Source: Candidatus Hermodarchaeota archaeon
GTDB taxonomy: Archaea > Asgardarchaeota > Hermodarchaeia > Hermodarchaeales > Hermodarchaeaceae
Reading direction: 5' to 3'
NCBI GenBank assembly: GCA_016839365.1
Contig: JAEOUH010000013.1
Span: 1 to 14,992 of the forward strand
Length of the DNA stretch: 14,992 nucleotides
Part shown: piece by piece, positions 7,265-14,992 of the stretch
Position numbering within the stretch: position 1 is the first letter of the stretch
Layout: every line of letters starts with the position of its first letter
The notes under the pieces: generated by a model
Databases searched by the model: none
What the model saw: the letters and a program-made list of their open reading frames with translations, nothing else
What the model was told of the DNA's origin: nothing
Made by a program: the position numbers and the translations under genes

Positions 7265-8235
7265 TTTCGAAAATCACTCGACTGTGCTAATAGAGAAAAT
7301 CTCGCTAATATGTGACTTAGCTGAATTTCGGGATCTGCGCCTTCGGTTAAGCGGAATTCAGCCTCTCCTACCATATCTACCATTTGTACCTTAACCGATT
7401 CATCAATACCTAGTTTCAATACTTCTTGGTGTACCTGTCGGATGATATCGGTTCCGGATAGTCCCTGCCAAACCAAAAGATTGCGTAGTTTCTCTTGGGC
7501 GTCTAAGAATTTGCCATTGAGTGCTGATTGAAGCATCTGGTGAATATCCTCTGGTCGCGCTTTACCAGTTGTCGTAAAAACGGCATCTGCATCAACTTGC
7601 TTCTGAAGGACAGAAGCGGCTTGAAGAACATTGATTGCACGCCGCATGTCTCCTCCCGATACATATAATATCGCATCGAGGCCCTCTTCAGTTAATTTGA
7701 CCTGCTCTTTCTGCGCGATGAAACTCAATTGTTTACGTATTTCCTTTTCGTCCAATCGGGGGAAGCGGAAAATGGCACACCGGGATTGGATGGGGTCAAT
7801 TATTCGACTCGAATAGTTACAAATCAAACAAAACCTGCAACTAGAAACATATCGTTCCATAGTCCGGCGCAAGGCATGTTGCGCATCTCGCGTCAAGCTA
7901 TCCGCTTCATCCAAGGATATAATCTTGAATGGGACATCACCCAAGGGGCTGGTTCGTGCGAAGCTTTTTACGCGGTTTCGAATAACATCGATCCCACGTT
8001 CGTCTGACGCATTCAGCTCTAAAAAATTCCCCTGAAATTGATCGCCATATAGCTCATTGGCAAAGGCGATGATTGCTGTAGTTTTTCCTGTTCCTGCAGG
8101 CCCGGCAAACAGAAGGTGAGGTAAATCACTTTCGACCAGGAATTTTTGTAATCGGTCTGTTATCGGTTTTTGACCTACAATCTCTTTAAGCTTCTTGGGT
8201 CGGTATTTCTCTGTCCACATCCAATGCTCTGACAT
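7261..8235 (-). CDS. rfcS: Replication factor C small subunit (324 aa)
   Basis: WTEKYRP, PHLLFAGPAGTGKTT, ELNASDERGIDVIR, DEAD, AQHALRRTME, SRC and GDMRRAIN. The probable start is ATG 8235 (MSEHW). No intein is visible. Confidence 0.96.
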   Translation of the reverse strand: MSEHWMWTEKYRPKKLKEIVGQKPITDRLQKFLVESDLPHLLFAGPAGTGKTTAIIAFANELYGDQFQGNFLELNASDERGIDVIRNRVKSFARTSPLGDVPFKIISLDEADSLTRDAQHALRRTMERYVSSCRFCLICNYSSRIIDPIQSRCAIFRFPRLDEKEIRKQLSFIAQKEQVKLTEEGLDAILYVSGGDMRRAINVLQAASVLQKQVDADAVFTTTGKARPEDIHQMLQSALNGKFLDAQEKLRNLLVWQGLSGTDIIRQVHQEVLKLGIDESVKVQMVDMVGEAEFRLTEGADPEIQLSHILARFSLLAQSSDFRK

Positions 8236-8309
8236 GTGCTCTTTACCCTCGTGGTAATTGTAAGGTGCTCTTCGATTAAGCTTTCGACAATACAACAGAT
8301 ACTTTCCTT

Positions 8310-9437
8310 TTAATGTGATACGATTCGTTTGGTCGATCGCTTCCTTCTCAAAGTGAGAATTGAACTTCCGATTGTCAAACAACTAATCGTAGCAAGGCTA
8401 ATTTGATGAAGTACAGAAACCCAAGCATTGGATGGAGTTAGCTCAATAGACTGAGTAAAGGGATTATGAGGTGGGCTAGAAATGATCCCTACAATAGCTC
8501 GTGCTCCACTATGTCCCAGTACTCCATTATATCGGAGTATAAGGTAACGGTTATTGTGGAGGAATTCGGTGAATCCATAAAGATCAAAGTCGAATTTTCC
8601 GTCATTATCAGTTCGAGAAAACGAGAAAGCTTGACCTGACTCGTCTAAGAGATCAATTGAGGCATTAGCGATACCTGTGTTTGTGGTGGTGATTAATTTC
8701 CCACGAAGAGAATAGCCATGTGAAGGGTGCCAAAACGAGGGGAGGCCAACGAATAAGGGTGTGACATTTCCAAAAAACACCTGGACTACGCTTTCTGTTC
8801 CATTATGGTACCCCTGGTTCAGGCTTTTGACTCTGAAGGTTGCAGTGGGGCTTAGGGTTTGATTCAAAGTACAACGAAATACGAGGGATCCGTTCTGAGG
8901 GGTATTCTTTTCCGCAAGAATTATGTCCGGTTCTAAAATTAGTTGGACTGTAACCCCTTCCATTGGTGTCATGTTATCATCGGTTACTTGGTTATGAAAG
9001 AGCAGTACTTGTCCAATTTGGACACTTGAACCAATTGGTACACCGCTAACATCGGTGACGTTCAGGTAATTCTGAAGCTGTGCAAAGATAGTCAAGGGAA
9101 TCGGGACCATGCTTGGAAGAAGATATCTCTCTGGATCTCCTCGGAATGTTACGTTTAATTGAACTGGACCTAGTTCATGTAAGGTGGGAATTGCCCAAAT
9201 GAACTGGGCGTGTCCCGTTGAATTTGTCGTGCCAGTACCCAGAAGCACATCCTGTGTTTCGTGAAAGAACAAAACCGTGGCATCTTCAATAGGGAGACCA
9301 CTTTGGCTTCGAAGTTGTACCGTTAGAGTGATTGAAGTTCCTCTGAACGCACTGGTTTGAAGCGAGGGAACAGGGATAGATGCCGGTGCAAATGCTGAGA
9401 TAACCAAGAAAACCAGTAGCATACTCGTTTGAATCAC
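8310..9437 (-). CDS. Secreted, C-terminally membrane-anchored beta-sandwich (Ig-like/bacterial Ig-fold repeat) surface protein
   Basis: Hydrophobic N-terminus (MLLVFLVISAFAPA); about three beta-rich repeats (G.PIE.ATV.F...LGTGTTNSTGHAQF; PMEGVTVQL; GIANASIDL...TDNDGKFDF); C-terminal TM followed by RRKRSTKR. Probable GTG start at 9437 after AGGTGGTGA. Confidence 0.7.
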   Translation of the reverse strand: MIQTSMLLVFLVISAFAPASIPVPSLQTSAFRGTSITLTVQLRSQSGLPIEDATVLFFHETQDVLLGTGTTNSTGHAQFIWAIPTLHELGPVQLNVTFRGDPERYLLPSMVPIPLTIFAQLQNYLNVTDVSGVPIGSSVQIGQVLLFHNQVTDDNMTPMEGVTVQLILEPDIILAEKNTPQNGSLVFRCTLNQTLSPTATFRVKSLNQGYHNGTESVVQVFFGNVTPLFVGLPSFWHPSHGYSLRGKLITTTNTGIANASIDLLDESGQAFSFSRTDNDGKFDFDLYGFTEFLHNNRYLILRYNGVLGHSGARAIVGIISSPPHNPFTQSIELTPSNAWVSVLHQISLATISCLTIGSSILTLRRKRSTKRIVSH

Positions 9438-9448
9438 TTCATCACCAC

Positions 9449-10939
9449 CTATATCCAACTTCCTTGACTCAACTTGGCTCGGGGATCAATAGCGGCGATT
9501 TTAGCGTTTTCCACAACGAGTGGGTCTCTCCAGGCCCAGCTGCAGCTCTCTAAGTCGAAGGTTTCAAAGGTTAAAGGCCATCCACCATTTTCGGGACCGG
9601 TGATGAAGACATCAGATTGGGTGTGGATGTATTTGTTGAGATAGTAACGAATCAGTGAAAAAGATCCAGGTGGTAGCGTTGTGTAGATGAAGAACTCGTT
9701 TTCATGGGTCTGATATTCGGTAAGCTGTCTTATCCACGCTTGGGGCAGCTCGTTAACTATTCCAAGTAACCGCTCATCTTCTTCTTTCACCCGAATGATG
9801 ACGTCTTCGAGTAAACCTACTCTTCTTATCAGAGGTGTAGGCTGTATCACACCGAGTTCTATCAGTTTGGATCTTCGACGACTAACCTGAGAGATACTCA
9901 TTCCAGCGATAGTCGCAAGCTTTTCTAGCTTAATTCGTGCATCTGGTGCTAGCAACGGTATCAATCGCTTATCTTTGCTGTCTGGAACGTAAAGCCGATG
10001 TGGTTGTGGCTGCTTATCATCGTGGACCTCTGATTGAGGATTAAGACAGCGGTTGTGAAGTAGATGTGCGCCGATGAATAGTTTCTGCCAATTAATCGCC
10101 CATCGTTTTTGCTCCATTCTGTAATGTGTGAACTCGACTGTTCGGCCTACGTCTTCAACTAGAAACAGAGTATGTGTTGTCCCAAAATGAGATTGGAGAA
10201 AACCGGAAAGCTGTTTAAGCCGTTCTTTTGGCACAGCCATAAAGCATAGTGCTCGTCTTACGTTACCTGCGAGTTCGATATACGAAAGCATGTAAGGGCT
10301 TTGAATCGAAGTATTTGTATCATGAAGTTCAATGAAAACCGGCACCAATCCTAGACTTTGATAATTCACCTGAGCAAGTATTCGGCATATGTTTAATCGC
10401 CGCAAGCGGCTCCAACGGCTGCGTGTTTTTTTGTAAGAACTACCTAATAATCTGGCGAGTGCAGGAATGGTAATCATTGGCATATTGCTGAAAGCCTTGA
10501 TGATGTGAATGTCAAGGGAAGATAAAGGAAATACCGTGAATTTGCACAACTCAGTGGCTAAGTTCCAAAACTGCTCGACAGACAACGGGGCGGCTGTGCA
10601 CTTCGCAATCGATTGTAGCAAGACAATTATTCGTTCAAGGAATTGCCCATCCAGTTTTCCATCCCATTCAATGAAATCAGCTACTCCTCGGTATCCGCCG
10701 GGTTCAAAGCTCACCTTGAACTTGGTAAAGGATGAATCCATGGAGCTACGAAGCCAACCAATTTTGCCTGAGAGCTTATTATCAAAGAATACTTGGAAAT
10801 CGTCTCTTACCATTTCTGGTAAAATAGCTGGGAGCCAATGGTCTAGTATCTGATATGGGCTAGTGATGGGCGTATCCGGTATTTCTCGCCAAGGCTTGCA
10901 TTTTAGATGTTTAGCTACAAAGTCCAGATTCAGGCGCAT
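9449..10939 (-). CDS. Tandem wHTH / Lrp-AsnC-like putative regulator (496 aa), distant relative of the two left-hand paralogs
   Basis: Two HTH units (LDIHIIKAF...TIPALARLLG...; KDKRLIPLLAPDARIKLEKLATIAGMSISQVSRRRSKLIELGVI), an Lrp linker (VNYQSLGLVPVFIEL) and unit-terminal Y/F-x5-W motifs. Confidence 0.75.
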   Translation of the reverse strand: MRLNLDFVAKHLKCKPWREIPDTPITSPYQILDHWLPAILPEMVRDDFQVFFDNKLSGKIGWLRSSMDSSFTKFKVSFEPGGYRGVADFIEWDGKLDGQFLERIIVLLQSIAKCTAAPLSVEQFWNLATELCKFTVFPLSSLDIHIIKAFSNMPMITIPALARLLGSSYKKTRSRWSRLRRLNICRILAQVNYQSLGLVPVFIELHDTNTSIQSPYMLSYIELAGNVRRALCFMAVPKERLKQLSGFLQSHFGTTHTLFLVEDVGRTVEFTHYRMEQKRWAINWQKLFIGAHLLHNRCLNPQSEVHDDKQPQPHRLYVPDSKDKRLIPLLAPDARIKLEKLATIAGMSISQVSRRRSKLIELGVIQPTPLIRRVGLLEDVIIRVKEEDERLLGIVNELPQAWIRQLTEYQTHENEFFIYTTLPPGSFSLIRYYLNKYIHTQSDVFITGPENGGWPLTFETFDLESCSWAWRDPLVVENAKIAAIDPRAKLSQGSWI

Positions 10940-11007
10940 AAGCTTCCATCAGAGGACTGAGTGCTTTCACTGAAAAACCCCACAAAAACAAGCGTATTGG
11001 TAGCAAA

Positions 11008-12111
11008 CTAGCTAACTGACCGAAATTCTAAACCTAATCTTTCTGCGTGATTGTAGGCTTGCTGCATTTCTTCTTGTGAAACCCGTGACGTGATATCTTC
11101 GAAGATTTTGGGCTGACGTAATACCTGCCACATTGGTCGATATTGGGCCATGATATTAACAAGGGCTTCTGGGGTGTTCTCCGAAATCCAATCTAGAAGC
11201 GGAAGTACACAACACTGGAGATGATTGGGTAGTACAAGGACACGGATAATCATCTCCTTTGTCCCTTCTGTGTACGCGGTCTTAATATTACGTGTAACAA
11301 TGGAGGTATAGTTCTTTACATCTGATATCCTTTCAGCACATCGATCTGAGAAATATTTGAGATCTGGAAGCCAAAAATCAATAATATCAATGAGCAAATC
11401 CAGGGCCTCTTCGGAGAGAAACATATTGGAGTTCCAAAGCTGGGTGATATTAAACTGCTGATGTTTTAGAGATGCAAGAATAGTATGAAGGTGTGGAGTG
11501 GGGTCTCCCCCAACATAGTTAATGTTCTTTGCTCCTTGTGATGCCAAATCGTTAGCAATTGCAGCTACTTGGGTTGAGCTCACTATACTCCCATTTTTTG
11601 GGTTACACGAGATATCATGATTTTGGCAATGGGCACATCGGAAATTACATCCACTGAAGAAAATCGTTCCAGATGGTACAAGTGGGGCCTCTTCTCCTGT
11701 GTGAAGGAATGCAGAGGATATGTAACTAGTGTTGGTAACTTGACAATATCCTATCCTATTTGCACGGTCAATATTACACCGTCGCTCACAAAAATAGCAT
11801 TGCTGAAGTATCCGATTAGCAATGAGTGTTTTTAAATCCAAGAAAGACTTTGACGGAAAAGTATCGTGATCTGTTGGTGCAACCTCTTTTACGTTTTTTA
11901 GTTGTTTATTGAATTTTTTTCGAGTAACCTTGTGGAGTTCCCACAGCTTAGATAAGGGCTCCTTGTTAGAGTAATCAACTTCAATATTTCGTGCTAAGAA
12001 ATATCGGGCAGGAAGCATAAGATCGATTATTGAACGGTATCGTGATAATCGATTCTTAACGATATCCCTGGACCAGACAGTCACTGCATCGTTTCTAGTG
12101 AATCTCCACAT
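11008..12111 (-). CDS. Radical SAM protein, PflX-like (pyruvate formate-lyase activating enzyme-related, COG1313 type)
   Basis: N-terminal CYFCERRC...GYC cluster, HTGEEAPLVPSGTIFFSG, the CxxxCxxC motif CNFRCAHC, NINYVGGDPT, WNSN, DFWLPDLKY and NIMAQYRP. Probable start ATG 12111. Confidence 0.9.
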   Translation of the reverse strand: MWRFTRNDAVTVWSRDIVKNRLSRYRSIIDLMLPARYFLARNIEVDYSNKEPLSKLWELHKVTRKKFNKQLKNVKEVAPTDHDTFPSKSFLDLKTLIANRILQQCYFCERRCNIDRANRIGYCQVTNTSYISSAFLHTGEEAPLVPSGTIFFSGCNFRCAHCQNHDISCNPKNGSIVSSTQVAAIANDLASQGAKNINYVGGDPTPHLHTILASLKHQQFNITQLWNSNMFLSEEALDLLIDIIDFWLPDLKYFSDRCAERISDVKNYTSIVTRNIKTAYTEGTKEMIIRVLVLPNHLQCCVLPLLDWISENTPEALVNIMAQYRPMWQVLRQPKIFEDITSRVSQEEMQQAYNHAERLGLEFRSVS

Positions 12112-12227
12112 TCGAATTGCACCAACACAAAGGATATTCATCCGGAATTATTAATGCACCTTCGTTTTCCTTGTTTTTTTGGAGTTTTTGTACTTACCCG
12201 AAAGGAGAGAAGGGGGTAAAAGTCATA

Positions 12228-12482
12228 ATGATCCTTCAAGGTCCTCTATTCCCTCTCCAAAGTCTGATTGAGCAACTTACATACGTTCTTATTACTAGCT
12301 GGGGTATTGTAATCCTTGTTGGGACCTTTGCATCAGCTTTGCTCATTGCAATTGGATTTATTTCTTGGTTATCAGGTGTTGGCACAAGGCGGGGGAAGAG
12401 AATGATTATTGGAGGGGTTATTCTGTTCTTTGTAATGCAATGGCTTGCGCTTAACCCCCCTTGGCTGATACTTCTTGGATAG
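12228..12482 (+). CDS. Small two-TM membrane protein (84 aa), pilin (TrbC/VirB2)-like topology
   Basis: Two hydrophobic helices separated by the basic loop TRRGKRM, then IIGGVILFFV. Probable ATG at 12228 after a purine-rich GGAGAGAAGGGG. Confidence 0.65.
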   Translation: MILQGPLFPLQSLIEQLTYVLITSWGIVILVGTFASALLIAIGFISWLSGVGTRRGKRMIIGGVILFFVMQWLALNPPWLILLG

Positions 12483-12508
12483 ACGGATTATTTTCTACTT
12501 AAATCTGA

Positions 12509-13000
12509 TTAAGAGCCCAACGCAAGCCGGGCTGCCTCTTCGCTAGATTCGGCTACGTGAATATCAGCGTCAGGAAATAATGAGGTGTTTTTAATGATCA
12601 TTTCAGTAACACCTCCTGAGTTATTCAGCAGGATAATCCGTTTTTTCAGGGCTATAGCATAACCAATCTCACTGAGAGTCCCTCCTGAACCTGCTATGCT
12701 AATAATGGCATCACTTGAAACTACGTTGATGTAATTCCTGGCGAAGCCAATTCCAGTGGCTAGAGGAATATCAACATGGGGATTAGCCCCAGAATCGGAG
12801 TGGTCAGGCAATATTCCAATAGTGGTACCTCCAGCTGCTTTCGCTCCTCTTGATGCTGCTTCCATTACTCCGTCTTTGCCTCCTGTAATAAGGAGTGCTC
12901 CCGCTCGGGCAATTTCCTGTCCTACCTCTTCTGCAAAAGCTGTCACGCGTTGAGATATGGGTCCGCTACTACCAATCACCGTTATACGATATGTAATCAT
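12509..13000 (-). CDS. TIGR00725 / LOG-family Rossmann-fold nucleotide-binding protein
   Basis: ITVIGSS, LITGGKDGVMEAASRGAKAAGGTTIGILP, ARNYINVVSSDAIISIAGSGGTLSEIGYA. GAGGAGG RBS upstream. Confidence 0.92.
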   Translation of the reverse strand: MITYRITVIGSSGPISQRVTAFAEEVGQEIARAGALLITGGKDGVMEAASRGAKAAGGTTIGILPDHSDSGANPHVDIPLATGIGFARNYINVVSSDAIISIAGSGGTLSEIGYAIALKKRIILLNNSGGVTEMIIKNTSLFPDADIHVAESSEEAARLALGS

Positions 13001-13010
13001 CTATCCCTCC

Positions 13011-14992
13011 TCATAGTAATCCTCTTCTTTTCTTAATGTCTGAGACAATCGAAGTGGCACGTTGTTCTGGGACAATCTCCCAACGTGAAAATTTGGTTTG
13101 CCAGACAGCTTTTCCTGCAGTGCTAGATCGTAGCACATCAGCCAGATCAAATGACTCGGCTACTGGAATCACTCCAGTAATGGTTACCCAATCTCCTCTA
13201 AATTCCACATCCTCAAGTTGTCCTCGTTTCGACTTGATGACGTTCACAGTTGCCCTTTGAAACTCTTTGGGAACTATTACTTCAAGATTATAGATTGGTT
13301 CGAGAAGAGTGATCTTCGCTTTTTCAAATCCAAGGAAGATAGCATCACGTACCATAGACATCAGCTCAACCCTACTCCTTTCGTTAATATCGGAGCTAAC
13401 TTCAAGCTCTTTAATACACACCAAGGTCATGCCTACTGGCTCTGAACACAAAGGTCCGCGTTCCATGGCCCAATTGAACCCATCGACAATAGCCGCCTTT
13501 ACATCTGGTGAGTTATCAAAGTCAACCAAGCTGATTAGGGTATTTCCACGCGAGTCTGCTTGCCAAACTGATTCTAGAGCCTTCCGTTCATCTTGAAACT
13601 GAACTGAGATTCGTACTGCATTTTTGTTATTTGGGCTTGGGTTTTTCTTGGGGTGTGTGTAGCTGCTCGTTAATGTTTCTCGATAGAGAACAATCGGATC
13701 TGAGGCATGGACCAGAATTCCTGCCGCTTCAATGTCTTTTAATGCAATCTCTAAGTGTAACAGACCCAACCCAGACAAGAGATTTTCTCCCGTTTGCTCG
13801 TTGACTGAAAAAACAAGGTTGGGATCACTTTTTGTCAGATCCTCAACAAATGTTAGTAAACGTGGTAAATCCTTTGTATGGTGCGGTTCTATTGCTATTG
13901 TTACGACAGCCTCGCTTAAGTAAGTAATTTCTTCAAATGGGACCATTCCTTCCAAGAAGTGTTGACCAGTTATTGTATCGCCAGGCTTCACTTCATCTAA
14001 GCCGATAATTCCGCAAATGTTCCCCGCAGTCAAAGAAGGAATTACTACCTGGCGTGAACCCATGAATAGGGTAACTCGTTGAACTTTATGCAATTTATCT
14101 GAGGGGAAGATGCGTATTTGTGTTCCACGTCGAATAGTACCTGAAAATAGTCGACCTACAGCAACAAGACCATGTTTTGATTCTGCAACAACATTCGTAA
14201 TAGCGATTATTAGAGGTCCCTCTCTCTCGCATTGACGGAGGGCTAGCCCAGCTGGTGAAGTGATATCACCCTTCCAAATGAATCCCACTCGATTTTTTTG
14301 GGCGTTTTTTGGTGACGGTAATCGGTCTATTATCATATCCAATATCGGCTGGTGGATGGGTAAGATTTGGCTTAGCCTCTCAACGGAATCGTCCTGGTAG
14401 CTTTCTATAATATTTTGAAATTGAAGGTCTGCTTTTTGCATTAAATCAACTGTGAAAGCCCATTTATGCAGGGCAGAACCGAAAGCAACCGTATTAGTAT
14501 CGGTACCAACTTTCCATTCAATAGTATCATCGTCTTTTGATGCAAACGCAATTACTTTGTTAACATCTTGAATAATCTGTGTAAGGCGATCTTGTATGGC
14601 AATCGGTGATAGTTTTAATTCGCGAATAAGTCGGTCAATCTTGTTAACGAATAAAACAGGTTTTACACGTTCTTTAATCGCTGATCTGATTACGCTTTCC
14701 GTTTGGGCCATAACACCTTCAACTGCATCAACAACGATGATTGCTCCATCAATAGCCCGGAGTGCCCGAGTAACCTTCCCACTGAAATCAACGTGACCTG
14801 GAGTATCAACTAGATTGACCACATATCGCAATCCTTGATGTACATGGAGTAGTGAGATATTAGCTGACTTGATAGTTATTGAGGCGTCTGCGGCTTTCCG
14901 CGGTGACGTTTCCTCGCCGTTGCTCTTCTTCCAAATAGTCTAGTGCTCGAGCTTGACCCACCAGATCATAAGAGAGCATCCCGGCGTTTGCA
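13011..14992 (-). CDS. fusA: Elongation factor 2 family GTPase, probably the divergent archaeal paralog aEF-2p. 5'-truncated by the window and interrupted by a 31-nt intron: join(>14992..14910, 14878..13011)
   Basis: The upstream exon reads ANAGMLSYDLVGQARALDYLEEEQRRG. After removing the insert the protein continues ITIKSANISL...NLVDTPGHVDF, NKID, FGSALHKW, GRLFSG, GLGLLHLEI, VLYRET, GPLCSEP, LLEPIY and LRSSTAGKA. Confidence 0.9.
14879..14909 (-). other. Putative 31-nt archaeal mRNA intron with bulge-helix-bulge/loop junctions
   Basis: The minus strand reads GAGG-AA|A-CGTC-ACC-GCGG-AAAG-CCGC-A-GACG-CCTC-AA|T. GAGG/CCTC forms a 4-bp central helix with 3-nt segments AAA and AAT next to it. Cutting after the second nt of each gives CGA GGA ATA ACT ATC (RGITI) in frame. 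Confidence 0.85.

Noticed and set aside
4502-8235. Inteins or further introns in cdc6, rfcS and rfcL
   Set aside because: Normal lengths, continuous frames and no insertions at the Walker A or sensor motifs.
425-14796. Remaining short ORF-track ORFs nested in or antisense to the long genes
   Set aside because: Shadow ORFs without motifs, fully overlapping well-supported CDSs.
14831-14992. EF-2 as a pseudogene, as a gene starting at 14831, or as a programmed frameshift
   Set aside because: Conserved G-domain sequence continues upstream, and the rest of the visible gene is intact. A simple frameshift would leave about 10 extra residues in switch I, whereas BHB-rule excision restores it exactly.

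Overview
Archaeal chromosomal window. An Asgard/TACK-like origin is inferred from the EF-2 paralog, the cdc6/wHTH/rfc cluster and the large tandem Lrp-type regulators. The left part holds two paralogous ~578-aa multi-domain wHTH/Lrp-AsnC-like proteins. Each is followed by tiny unannotated peptide ORFs with a shared M-[WY]-P-P-R start (MWPPRRPEPDLKVD, MYPPRHPEPF, MYPPRPSTPVPS), each with its own RBS. The middle holds cdc6/orc1 and an ArsR-like wHTH gene, convergent with rfcS-rfcL. Further right are a membrane-anchored Ig-like protein, a third tandem-Lrp-like regulator, a PflX-like radical SAM protein, a small 2-TM protein and a TIGR00725/LOG-family protein. The right end is an EF-2 paralog lacking the diphthamide His. 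Its switch-I motif (RGITI) is interrupted by a 31-nt GC-rich hairpin insert with bulge-helix-bulge-type junctions, a candidate archaeal mRNA intron whose canonical excision restores the frame exactly. The two main findings are this intron and the regulator/micro-peptide system.
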